Below are positions 49,466 through 62,304 of a stretch of 64,000 bases of DNA, in pieces. The stretch is from Macrostomum lignano. Its lineage: Eukaryota. Every line of letters begins with the position of its first letter. Position 1 is the first letter of the stretch. Under the pieces are notes generated by a model. It searched no databases, was not told where the DNA came from, and worked only from the letters and a program-made list of their open reading frames with translations. The DNA is taken from assembly GCA_002269645.1 (NCBI GenBank), contig NIVC01003966.1:3351-67350 (forward strand), in the 5' to 3' direction. Position numbers and translations under genes: made by a program.

Positions 49466-52066
49466 ATGGACAGCACAACCGATACAGACGACACAACCAG
49501 CTCAGTTACTGAGATGTTCTCCAGGCCCAGTAGGCAGTACGAGTTCTTGTCGACTTCCACTGCTGCGCCGCAGGCAGCGCAACATGTGATGATCGGTGCG
49601 TGAGCAAAATTATTATCTGCTCTGATTAAAACCAATCACACCGTGATTTTGTGCTCGTTTCAGACATCAGTGACAGATACGTGGGCATGACCATCATCAT
49701 TGCCCTGCCAGTTGCCGCCTTCATTCTTCTACTGGGTGTCATTCTGCAAATTGTCTTGGTTGCTGTTGCCCTGCGCAGGGTGAGTTCTGAGGCGGGGAGA
49801 GGGGATTTAGCACGAGGGCTTTAGCACCAGTGACTTTAGCACCTGGCTTTAGCAGCAGTGGCTTTAGCACCAGGGGCTTTAGCACCAGGGGATTTAGCAC
49901 CATGGACTTTAGCACCAGGGGCTTTAGCAGCAGTGGCTTTAGCGCCAGGGGTTTTAGCACCATGGACTTTAGCACCAGGGGCTTTAGCACCATGGACTTT
50001 AGCACCAGGGGCTTTAGCACCATGGGCTTTAGCACCAGAGGCTTTAGCACCGTGGACTTTAGCACCAGGGGCTTTAGCAGCAGTGGCTTTAGCGCCAGGG
50101 GCTTTAGCACCATGGACTTTAGCACCAGGGCTTTAGCACCATGGACTTTAGCACCAGGGGCTTTAGCACCAGGGCTTTAGCACCATGGGCTTTAGCACCA
50201 GAGGCTTTAGCACCATGAACTTTAGCACCAGGGGCTTTAGCACCATGGTCTTTAGCACCAGGGGCTTTAGCAGCAGTGGCTTTAGCGCCAGGGGCTTTAG
50301 CACCATGGACTTTAGCACCATGGACTTTAGCACCAGGGGCTTTAGCACCATGGTCTTTAGCACCAGGGGCTTTAGCAGCAGTGGCTTTAGCGCCAGGGGC
50401 TTTAGCACCATGGACTTTAGCACCAGGGGCTTTAGCACCAGGGGCTTTAGCACCAGGGGCTTTAGCACCATGGGCTTTAGCAGCAGTGGCTTTAGCACCA
50501 GGGGCTTTAGCACCATGGACTTTAGCACCAGGGGCTTTAGCACCAGGGGCTTTAGCACCATGGACTTTAGCACCAGGGGCTTTAGCACCAGGGGCGCCGG
50601 CACTATTGGTTTAGTACCAAAGGCTTTAGCACCTTATTCCCATAAACAGATTACTCTAAACTACGTTGAACAATTGAGATATTGCATTTGAACACTTTCA
50701 ACAAAATTTAAGCTTGGTGTCAGACTACGAGTAGCAAATGGTAAATGAGATCTCAGCTATCATATCACATCTTTGTACCAACTAAAACGTCCCACAGAGC
50801 TCTTGAAACTGCAACTTAGCAAAGAAAGTACTCGTCATTTCCTTGAAGCTGTTAAACATTATAGAAATTAGCTATGCACCTTTTTAGCAGTGTTGAAGTT
50901 CTTTTGCTGAAATAAATAAACACGGATCTGGGTTGTAAAGTTAAGGTCAGAATCTGTTTTCCATTCAACACGCAGATCAACAGCATCGCCAGGTTGCTGT
51001 TGAAGCGGCCCGATCAGAGTTCGACTTCAGACTGGCTCACCGAGGAACCCGAAGCCAATTCCCAGGTCTCCGGTGACGTAAGCTGCACTGCGAGCTGAAT
51101 TTGCTTCAGTTTAATAATAAAATTATAGTATTTACTGAGAAACAATCAAGAAATCTCAAGACCCTGTTTGAAGTTTTTATATTTTCACCTAGGGCAAACA
51201 GGGAAATTCAAATTGAGCACTTTACCACCACCTGAGAAGTTTCCTATGAGCTCTAGACCAGCTGTTGAATTCCCTCTATGAGCACTTGAACACATGAAAA
51301 ATCCCCTATGAGTACTTGAAAATCTAAGAATTCCCTTCTGAGCACTTGTTTATCTGAGAAATCCCCTATGAGCACTCGACCATCTGAGAAATTCCCTCTG
51401 AGCATTTTAACTCCTGAGAAGTTCTCTCTTAGCATTTGACAATCTGAGTCATAAATTCCATTCGAGCACATAAACTAGCGTACATGTAATAGGCCATTCA
51501 GGTTATGAACTCAAAATCATTCAGACTGAACAAAAAAACCATTTAATTTTTTTCCAATGTTCCCTAGGCTCTAGCACCTCCGCTTCCAAGACGCCCCGTT
51601 GATCAACCTGCTGAGGTAGGAACTGGTATCAGTAAATTAAAACAAATGGAAATTTCTGAGTAGTTTGTTCACCAGCCATACAACTTTCACTGTTTTTTTC
51701 GTCTAAAGGCCTCTACTCTCGCTAAGACGCCTGGTGAAAGGTTACGAGTTTCGTTTGTTACTGATGTAAAGTCATCTTATCATCTTGAGGTTGGTTGCTA
51801 ACTTGTTTGTTATCTCGATATTAAGCAGTTTAACGATTCAAAAGTTAATGAAATTTTGTTACAGCTGACCAACCCTCAGGAACCTAGGAGATCGGAAGGA
51901 GTATCTGAGCACTTAGCGGTAATTTTTAAAAAAAATATTTTTTCTGGATTTAAATACCATTGGTATTTTAGTGAGGTCTTCAAATTGATTCTCACCTTTC
52001 ATGTTTCTTTAATTATTTCAGGTTTATGAAGAAGATACAGTATACACTGTGGCCGATGTCCCCTAA
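49466..52066 (+). CDS. Short single-pass membrane protein (Ser/Thr-rich ectodomain, TM, Pro/Tyr-motif tail), about 164 aa, 6 exons
   Basis: Exons 49466-49595, 49664-49779, 50976-51077, 51568-51615, 51865-51918, 52022-52066 join in phase: MDSTTDTDDTTSSVTEMFSRPSRQYEFLSTSTAAPQAAQHVMIDISDRYVGMTIIIALPVAAFILLLGVILQIVLVAVALRRINSIARLLLKRPDQ..APPLPRRPVDQ..AVYEEDTVYTVADVP*. The 5' end may extend via the AG at 49425-49426. Confidence 0.7.
49800..50620. repeat. 15-bp GGGGCTTTAGCACCA-family array (intronic)
   Basis: Alternating variants GGGGCTTTAGCACCA, TGGACTTTAGCACCA and GTGGCTTTAGCGCCA. Confidence 0.94.
51255..51440. repeat. Degenerate ~30-bp tandem repeat (intronic)
   Basis: AATTCCCTCTATGAGCACTTGAA-like unit, about 6 copies. 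Confidence 0.75.
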
Positions 52067-52420
52067 ATAGCACATTAAAAACAATCTATGCAAAAATGCA
52101 AGTTGGACTCAGAAGCAGTCAAGAGAAGCTTTCTTCAATCAGCGAAAATGCTTACTTTGCTTGGCCACTGCTTCCTCGATTCGAAAGTTTGTCTTTTTAT
52201 TCAAGGAATTATACATGTGTGTGATTGACAGCGCAGTTGCGGCACAAATACTGAATCAATATTTTTAATCGGTCGAACAGATATTTGACGTATTTACCGT
52301 CTGTTTCAAAGTTTCATTGTTTTTCTACGCGTCTTGCAGTTTTGTTGCTTTTGAATTTGGTGGTTTTTCTTGTTGCTTTTACGATCTTTTTAGATTCTAA
52401 AATTTATTAGCTGATTGAAC

Positions 52421-52801
52421 GGGAGCACGAGAAATGCCCGCAGACGAATTGCCCGCCGAGATTTGCCCGCAGTGCAATTTGCCCGCGAGTGAATTGCCCA
52501 CGAGCGAGTTGCCCGCCGAGTTTTTTCCCGCCGAGGTTTGCCCGCAATGCTTTTTTACTGCAGCGCTTGGCAGCTAGATTCTGTCTGCATTGCCTCCCCC
52601 AAAAAATATGCATTTGATATGCAGTTACTATCAAAACGTTTGATCGGTTAAATCTCTTTATTAAGACTTACTAAGCATTGGGGAGGCAATGCAGACAAAA
52701 TCTGCCGTGGCCAAAGGCACTGCAGGAAAAAAGCATTGCGGGCAAACCTCGGCGGGAAAAGCTCGGCGGGCAATTCGTCTGCGGGCAATTCTCATGGACC
52801 C
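52421..52801. mobile_element. Mutator(MULE)-like MITE (381 bp)
   Basis: TIRs GGGAGCACGAGAAATGCCCGCAGACGAATTGCCCGCCGAG versus GGGTCCATGAGAATTGCCCGCAGACGAATTGCCCGCCGAG; 9-bp TSD TGATTGAAC (52412-52420, 52802-52810); subterminal TTGCCCGC repeats. Confidence 0.85.
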
Positions 52802-52949
52802 TGATTGAACACAACACAAGTTAAAGTAGGTGCAGGTGCACCCGACACTTTGTGGTGCCTTTTGAGAGGCCACCAGTTCATTTTAATGTAACTAGCGCTA
52901 TTGCGACTAAAGTCGAACCATTTTATTTTGAGAAGACGCAACTTTAATT

Positions 52950-53430
52950 TCATGGGGCTTTAGCACCAGGGGCTTTAGCACCAGGGGCTTTAGCACCAAG
53001 GGCTTTAGCAACAGGGGCTTTAGCACCAGGGGCTTTAGCATCAGGGGCGCCAGCACCAGGGGCTTTAGCAGCAGAGGCGCCAGCACCGGCGGTGCCAGCA
53101 CCAGCGGCGCCAGCACCGGCGTGCCAGCACCAGCGGCGCCAGCACCAGGGGCTTTAGCACCAGGGGCTTTAGCACCAGGGCTTTAGCACCAGGGTTTAGC
53201 ACAGGGCTTTAGCACCAGGGGCTTTAGCACCAGGGGCTTTAGCATCAGTGGCGCCAGCACCAGGGGCTTTAGCACCAGGGGCTTTAGCACCAGGGGCTTT
53301 AGCACCAGGGCTTTAGCACCAGGGGCTTTAGCATCAGGGGCGCCAGCACCAGGGGCTTTAGAACCAGGGGCGCCAGCACCAGGGCTTTAGCACCCGGCGC
53401 GCCAGCACCAGGGACGCCAGCACCAGGGGC
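52950..53430. repeat. Second GGGGCTTTAGCACCA-family array (intergenic)
   Basis: Same unit as 49800-50620 plus GGCGCCAGCACC variants. Confidence 0.92.
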
Positions 53431-53817
53431 GATAACGCAGCGCGAGGGAATTTCGTTAAACAGTTTGCTCTCATTCTTCTAATATTCTGACTGTTAACCC
53501 AATACCAATGTGATAATATGTATTCGATGACGGACATGAAAAGTGCTGAATACTACTGTAGATAGAGCACTTCCAGTGTGAGGCACGTGGAAAAATAAAG
53601 TAATTGTTCACCGGGTTGTTGGTATTTTTCTTGTAGAACATAGTACGATCGCAATAGCCAAAGTAACAAAACACTCTTCTGAGCAAAAGGAAGTAAAATA
53701 GAGCATGCTAATAATTCTGTTGAAATGCTGCTCCGGAATCAAAACAGCCCTGGACTTATTAGACAGCACAGCGTTATATTACAGCACAGTTTAAACAGAT
53801 ATATTTAACACTAAATG

Positions 53818-54200
<383 letters not shown>

Positions 54201-54668
54201 TCGGTTAGTCTGTTTAGGGTTACGGATTCAGCTTAAAAATATAGCTATTGTCCGAGTTCATAAAGTTTAGCTTTGCGATATGGTCTCATTTTTATGGAGC
54301 AATAACTTCCAGTTGTTCTGTATCTTGTATACCATACCTTATTCGCTTCTTAAAAAGCCTGTTTGCGTGTTTCAAATCTATTACAATAGAATAGGGACCC
54401 ACTATAGTGAACCAATTCCTTGAAACCTTGTCTTCCAAAAAGCCCCCCTGTCAACTCTTTCTCTGCGCCACATTTGAAGATTCTTCGTTTAATTGTTGTG
54501 CAAAACATTAAATACAAAGAACGCTTTATGGTCTTGTATCCGCATTCAAAACGAAATTTTATATAATTGTAGCATATAGCCGTCCTTGTTAATAAAAATC
54601 TCTCAGAAGCAACTGCAACAGAATTTTCTTGCGATTTTGAAAAATCCAGAGTTCTGAAAAATTTTAAC

Positions 54669-57600
54669 ATGGCCTACCAGGAACGCAGTGAGTTACTCCT
54701 AAATATTTGCTCAGATATAGCAAACTTGGTTAATAATTTACCCATGATTACGAGCTATTACTTTTTCTGTCGCAGAAATAATACTTTGGGAGCTTGGCTT
54801 CGTTGCTTGTGCCTTGTTGATCTTTCTGCCAAAGTGCAGCAGTCAAACTGCCTGTGAGTTACTCATGTTTTCTGCTGATAACTAGCATTTTAAAACAAAC
54901 ATTTTTTCCGGCTTCACTTCTGTATTTTATCACTGTAGTTAATCTATTTTAGCTCTTGAAATTTGCCTTCTTAAAGTTACTTTAGCTAAGCATCACGACC
55001 AGCTAATATATGATAGTCAATCGATATTAATATTCCTTCACTAACCGGACCAACCATTCCCAAACAGACTGCAGCAGCGCGCTCCAGCGACTGTCAGCTG
55101 AGGCCGGTGGCGAAATCGCCAGCCACAGCGGAGTCGGCACAACAAACTACAGCAGCAACTCGCAGTGCTACTGGCAGCTGGATGCGCCACCTGGCAAGAG
55201 AGTCATAGTCTGGTTCACCTACATGGATCTCGAGTCGCCAAACGACAGAGTGTCTCTGTACGACGGCCTGACAACGTCATCCGAAATTGCAGTCGTTAGC
55301 GCGAATGACTCAGTTGGCTATGAGTCGCCGAGATTCGTTTCGTCCGCAAATATTCTGACAGTGAATTTTTATTCAAACAGCCAATTCGCAAGAAAAGGAT
55401 TTCGTTTAGAGTATAACGCCACCGTATCAGGTTAGTTGCCAGTGTTATCGGATTGTGAATCATTGAATCATAATATCATATAGTTGCGATTGCATGTTGA
55501 GAGGTGCATCGACGATAATATCGGTTTTGTTTTGTAAACATTGAATAAATGGCAGTCATCTTCTCGCTTAATCCAAATTTCTGCAGCTAACAGCAGCACG
55601 TGCGGACCAGTCACGTTTGATGACGCTTCCAACTCTTCCGGAATGATTGTCAGCCACCCCGGCTACGACCAACACAGTTTATGTCATGCAGCTGGACCTT
55701 GCCATCGGTGTCCGGAAAGTTTTACCAGCTCTACGTTGGCAACGTGTCTCTCGGAAATGGAGATTGCCTGTCTGTAAATCAAGGCACAGCGTCAGTGACA
55801 GGTGGCAGTTCTAATGTGAATTTGTGCGGCTGGAAAGCTGTCACTGGCATGACACTTCAGGTGGATGGCAACTTCATCATCAGGTTTAGTTCCAATGGAG
55901 CTTATGAGTCCACGGGCTTTCAAATCAAGTTTGAATTGCAAAACTGTGAGTTTTGTAATGAGATTCAATCACTAATTTGTTACTTATGTATATTTCTTGT
56001 TTGTAAACTTTTTATGGGTTTTTTATAAAAGTTTCACGTACTTTGTACTTAGTCGCTATGATTTATCGCCACCCTAGTATATGTTATGATTTGCAAGCAA
56101 AAAATGAGCTAAAAATAAGAATTTTCAGCAAGAATTCGAGTTAAAAATCGATACTTGCATGCATCGTACTCCCTCTGTAGCAACCTAAGATAAAAGAGGA
56201 ATATGCAGTACTCATGACATAGTGGAATGGTCTGTATTATTCAAACATTAAGGAGTGTTCATCACAATCCAATATTGAAGTACTTTTGAATATAAATTAT
56301 ATTTGTATAGCTTTCTTCTGCGGGCTTCATTGAATGTAAATATTTTTGTAAATTTCAGACTGCCCAGACAAACGCAACTTGACTAATAGCACAGGTGAAG
56401 TAGTAAGTCACAATGGCGTCGGAGAATACTATTATGGGAACAATGCACAGTGCGTCTGGTACATTACGGCACCGCCTGGTCAGCAGGTTTGGTTCTGGTT
56501 TTCCTATTTTAATTTAGGGTACAATGACTACGTCAGCGCTCGAAACATGGGAGAGTCTTCGAGCACAATTGCAACGCTCCGCAGGGGCCATTCGCCTTCG
56601 CCGTCGGGTTTCAATCCACAGCAAGTGTTGTAAGCGTAACATTTACTACAAGCAGCATGTACTCAGGTCTCGGATTTCGACTTCATTATAACTTTACCCA
56701 GTTATGTAAGTTTAAAGTTTTGAAAACAATTTTCTTAATATTTTTGCAACTAATCATTAACAACTGAAGCAGAAAGGCGCTACGCCCGCAAGCCAAAAAA
56801 TAATCGAGACAGCAAATCTTAAGTTTTATCGAACGAAAGTCACAAACGTCTCGTCTTCCCGGTGTTCTAGTTGCAAAAAGAGCAACAATGGGTTCTTTGA
56901 ATCAGAGCAAATTATGAACTTTGCAACAACTAACCAGGGACTACTGAATACTCCCTTCAATTAACCTCTGAAAATTAAAATACTTCTTTAAAAGAAATTA
57001 AAAGCTTTCCGTCTCGCTAACGTCGAAGTCGAAATTGGCAGAGTTTTGAAGTATATTTCTACCTTAGATGCTTTATTTATTGTATTAGTTGTTTATTTAG
57101 CCATGTACCAAATACAGTCCCCGTTGGAAGTTCTCATATATTTAAACATATTTTTTCAGACTGTTACGGATTTGAAAACGTGACAGCAACGAAAACGGGA
57201 AGTCAAATAAGGAGTCACTACGGTGTTGGTTCAAGTCCTTATTTAAACAACATGAGCTGCTACTGGCACATAAGCGTTCCTGTCGAACAGAGAATCGCCT
57301 TTCGTTTTACTTACTTCAATACACAGACAAATGATAGAGTGACAGTGTTTGATGGCTCCAACGGTTCAGCTGTTCTGCTCAATACTTCCGGCAGTAATTT
57401 TAAAGGTGTTATTGTATCCTCAGCAAACACGGCGACTGTGCGGTTTAACACAGACAGTGACTATGGAGGATATGGCTTTGCATTGTGGCTTCAAGAAATT
57501 GACAATGGTAAGCAAAGCATTAAGCACATATGACGTAAAGCATAGTAACTAAGAAACAAGAAAATGTATTTTTACCCAGTTTTCCGTCAGATAGATATAG

Positions 57601-60600
57601 ATATCTACAGATATGTTTAAATGCTAAAAAACGAAATTTTAAAAAATATTTGCGCTTAATAACGGAATGTTGCGCAACAATGCCAAAATGATAAAAACTG
57701 TGCTTAGCAGCACCACACACAAGATAAGCCATTTTTTCATTGAAGCACTGGCCGCTTTCTAATTACGAGTACATATGCGTACTAAACACAAATATTACTA
57801 TCTGCTTTCAGCCGTTAACAACACATGCGGAACGATCAGTTATGCAAATTCATCGAACGTATCTGGAGTCATCGAGAGCCACAAAGGCTACAATGCCACC
57901 AGCATGTCCGCATACGCACCCAATTTAGCCTGCCTGTGGACACTGCCCAAACGACCTGGATTCTACATCTATCTCTTTATCGAAACCTACTATCTTAGCA
58001 ACGGGGACTGCCTAAAAATGGTAACGAAGCTTTCCTCAACTGCCAGTGAGTCCGGCAGTGATAAAGATTTGCAGTATTGCAATACTCATTTCGGCCAAAA
58101 CGTACACTGGGTGACAACAGGAGACGCGCATATTTCGTTTACAACTGACAATCTTCATGAATCAATCGGATTCTCTATTCAGTTTTACTACGAGCAAGGT
58201 TTGGGGAATTTCTCTAATGCACTACGATTAAAACCCATTAAGAAACTTTACTTTGTTTTCTAAATCATACGTTTCATTTTAGCTTGCCCAAGCGTTCAGA
58301 AATGGGACTCCGACAACGGTGAAGTGGTTACTCACACCAATGCTGGAACAACGCACTATTTGCACTCTATGACATGCAATTGGCAAATTTCTGTGTCGCC
58401 AGGCAAGCAAGTAATCGCCTGGTTTACTAGTAACAAACTGTCGAGTCACGGGTATTCGTACGACAGAGTGACATTATACGATGGTCTCAGTGGTTCAAAC
58501 ACTTTGGTCAGCGGCACTTCTATTCCGACAGAGGTCGGATACCGGTCCATCACAAACAGCATGAGGGTCCGGTTCACAACAGATGCCACTTGGCATTCCT
58601 ACGGCTTTCGAATGCGATACAGCATTGCGGAGAACTGTAAGTTAGAGTTTATTCAGAGGATTAGAGGACATACACGATAGAAAAAACCTATCATTCTTTC
58701 AGTTTCCAGTCTGTGATGGTCGGAAAATTCTTCAAGCCAGCCAAGGCAAGTTTTTCGCCCATGTGAACTCATCATCCCCTAACTATTTGAGACGTATGAT
58801 ATGCTACTGGACCATTACCGCGCCATTGGGATACAGTGTAGTGGCTCACATTACATCATTCAGCCTCTACCCCAATGACTATGTCAGCATATCTGAAGGA
58901 ATTCGAGGCTCACCATACATCGCAAGATACTACGGACGGAGTGAATTTCAGATTGTCAGTTCAAGAGTTTTCGTTTCACAGTCAAATGCGATGCTTGTAT
59001 ATTTCACGTCGGGTGGAACAGGCTCTGGCTTCGGGTGAAGTACAACACAACCGAAAAATGTGAGCAAAGCTTACAGTTGTAACTACATTTTTGACAAACA
59101 AGCGCAATCTAATCTCGTCTTAAGTTTTGGCTCATAAACTGAGTTTTGATTAGTTAAAATTGTAAAACGTGTTGCAATGCCCAATGATAGATTCATGTAC
59201 ATGTCCGCTTGTACCGCTTACACTATTGATGCAGACACGTCACAGTCTTGAAAAGAGTTCATTTTTCACCATGAAGCAGCGCTTTGATATTTTTATTGAC
59301 CTATACTTACCACCAGTCTGTCAAGGCACGGAGCTCCTGACCAACGACACTGGAGAGCTGGTCAGCCACTCGTCTGCAGGAACTATGGGCTTCTTGATCA
59401 GCTCGGACTGCTACTGGGTGATCAGAGTCTCTCCCTCAAAGCGAGTGGTGGCTCGTTTTACCTTTTTTAACCTAACTTCCCGTTATGATAGCGTCACTCT
59501 GTATGACGGAGCCTATCGCTCAACAGTTCTGGCTACCCTCGAGAGCAGCTTCTCGGACACCACGCGGGATTTCATAACGACAGAAAACGTCTTGACCGTG
59601 TATCTGCGTATTCCATATAGCAGCCAATCACTCGGAATCAAGATGAAATACGAAGCTTCAGATACCTGTGAGTTTTGTGTACATTCGGATCTGCTAAAAT
59701 GTGTCTTCGAGAATGTTTAAACGTACTCACGGTCGTACATGTACATGTACAGCCTGCCGCTCCTCTCCCTGCCGCTTGTTCATTCTGGTCCGTCCCTCAT
59801 CTTAAAGCTGCAATTCTTGTTGTCCTTTGGTTTTCTTGTTGCTGTTCCCTTTCCGTTTCTCTCTCGTTTGGGCTCGTCCAATCAGGTCTCTAGCCGCAGA
59901 GGCACTGATTTGCTAGCCTTCCCCCTTCTCTCTCTCTCACCCTTCAACTCAGTGAGTTTTCCCTCCCACTTCCAGCCACCACATGGCTTAGCCCCACTCA
60001 GCCCCTTTCTCATTCCACCCTCTCACCCCACCGGTTGCAGTATTTACGAGCATATACACACCCGGCTCTCGCCCCCTGCTCTCTTTCTATCCTCTAACCC
60101 TTCGCATGCTTAAGTTAGTGAAAGGAAAATGAAATATTTATTAGAAATATAGAAGCGAAACGAAGTCAGCTATCCCGGTAAGACAAAGCGTTATGCTCTT
60201 CGTTTATTTTTCTATCTCCTTCTAAATTCTTTCTTCCCCTCACAGTCTTCACTCGAGCATGCGAAGCGTCTGTAGCCTCCACAAAAGTGTCCAGCTCTCT
60301 GGTGCTGCTGAGTGGTAGCCTTATCATTCGCACCTCCCTCTTGTCGTAGGGCTGGACGAGTTTCAGTAGGCTTTCTGTACGACTCAGAGGGTCTTCGCTC
60401 TCACACCTAGGCAGAAAGACCCCCTGGGCAGTCCAGTACCCTAACCCAGATCATCCCGTATGCTGTCCGCACAGACGGAAGCGGGAAAATACAACACATG
60501 TTTAATATAGATTGTACGTGTACTGATTCAGTTCAAAGATGATATGCTTTGTAAAATTACTTCAGTTTGCGAAAGCTACAAGCTGATAACCGATGGCAGT

Positions 60601-62304
60601 GGTGAGATCAGCAGCCACCAAGGCGCAGGTGCATTGCCTTACATAAGAGGAATGTCATGCAAATGGCAGTTTGTCGGTAAACCTGGAATTCAAATCTCAG
60701 CTAACTTGATCTACTTGAACTTGACGTCAAACTCTGACTCTATTGCTTTGTACGAAGGGTCAGACGACACCGAATTAGTCACAGTTCAAGGTGGCGCCAC
60801 CACATGGCCTACAAAGTTTTTTGTCTGTGTCAAACATCTTGACAGTGGTTTTCACCACTGGAAATGCTGCTGGAAGTAGTAACAAAGGACTTGGTTTTCG
60901 GTTGCAGTACAGCGTTGGTAATAGTGTTGGTGCGTTAAAATGTATTGCTTAATGTTCTCTGAGATATGGTGAGTGCTACGATGCATTATTCAATCGTAAC
61001 TAATGCTCCTGAAATAAATGTATCCGCAGAAGCAGCAACAACCAGTTCAAAACAGACTTCCTCAAGCACTGCACGCGCTGTTGTCAGCAGTCCAAGTTCG
61101 CCAGCAACTGCAAAAATCGTATCAGATACCAGCTCTGCTTTGGAGTCGACAACAACTGGTAAACTGTCACAAACTGGTAGGCAATTCATTTCAAACAATT
61201 TCTGTTTACGTTCTCTGCAATACGGTAAGTGTCACGACGGATTACTTGTAGCGAATGTTCTTGAAATATCCACAGAACCAGCAACAACTAGTTCGAAACA
61301 GACTTCATCAAGTACAGCGCGCACTGTTGTCAGCAGCTCAAGTTCGCCGGCAACTACTACAAAAATCGTATCAGATACCAGCTCTGCTCCGGAGTCGACA
61401 ACAACTGGCAAACGGTCACAAACGGGTAGGAAATTACTTTTAAATATTCTTTTTGTTTAAGTTCTCTTCAAGATGGTGAGCGTTACAATGTATTACCCGC
61501 AACAAATGTTATTCACATATCTGAAGAACCGACAGCAACCAGTTCAAAGCAGACGTCAGCAACCACAGCGCGCGCTGTTGTCAGCAGCCCAAGTTCGCCA
61601 GCAACTGCAAAAATTGTATCAGATACCAGCTCTGCTCCGGAGTCGGCAGCAACTGGCGAACTGTCACAAACGGGTAGGAAATTACTTTTAAATATTCTTT
61701 TTGTTTAAGTTCTCTTCAAGATGGTGAGCGTTACAATGTATTACCCGCAACAAATGTTATTCACATATCTGAAGAACCGACAGCAACCAGTTCAAAGCAG
61801 ACGTCAGCAACCACAGCGCGCGCTGTTGTCAGCAGCCCAAGTTCGCCAGCAACTGCAAAAATTGTATCAGATACCAGCTCTGCTCCGGAGTCGGCAGCAA
61901 CTGGCGAACTGTCACAAACGGGTGGGAGATTCATTTCAAACAAAATCCATTAAAGTGAAAAGATTTTAATGTTTGCGTACATGCACACTCCTATATAGGG
62001 TTTTTATTTTTTGGTAAATATCTTTGCAAAATTACACAAATCGATTCATTCCTGATTTTTCAGAGCCGACAGAATCTCTTCCGACTTATATTATCGCCTT
62101 AGCAATCGCTGTTCCCTCGGGTGCGATTGCATTTACTGCTGCAATAGTTGGAATTGTCATCCACAAGGTTTTTGAGAATTATGAAGTGATGCTTTAAGTT
62201 CATTAGTAAATCAATTTTTTACACCATTTGACATTGTATATTGATCATTTCAGTATCTTCAGAACCTGAAGCGACGCCAAAACTCACACAAATTCTTATA
62301 CTGA
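54669..62304 (+). CDS. Multi-CUB type I membrane protein (signal peptide, 9 CUB, 4 mucin-like repeats, TM); four frameshifts as assembled
   Basis: Exons 54669-54687 and 54776-54853 (MAYQERKIILWELGFVACALLIFLPKCSS); one CUB per phase-1 exon: 55068-55430, 55587-55945, 56359-56705, 57160-57507, 57812-58198, 58283-58636, 58703-59059, 59317-59667, 60566-60917 (C..G.I.SH..Y.NN..C.W.I, F..F, D.V..YDG, V.F.TD..GF...Y); Ser/Thr exons 61030-61176, 61276-61425, 61527-61673, 61775-61921; TM 62064-62167; tail 62254-62304, possibly continuing to 62535-62639. Confidence 0.85.
61473..61968. repeat. Tandem 248-bp exon+intron duplication in the mucin stalk
   Basis: Identical ORFs at 61473 and 61721 (offset 248); two more diverged units at 61000-61450. 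Confidence 0.93.

Noticed and set aside
49739-50691. Collagen-like or LAPG-repeat protein ORFs
   Set aside because: They are translations of the 15-bp intronic array, which lies between exons 2 and 3 of the membrane-adaptor model.
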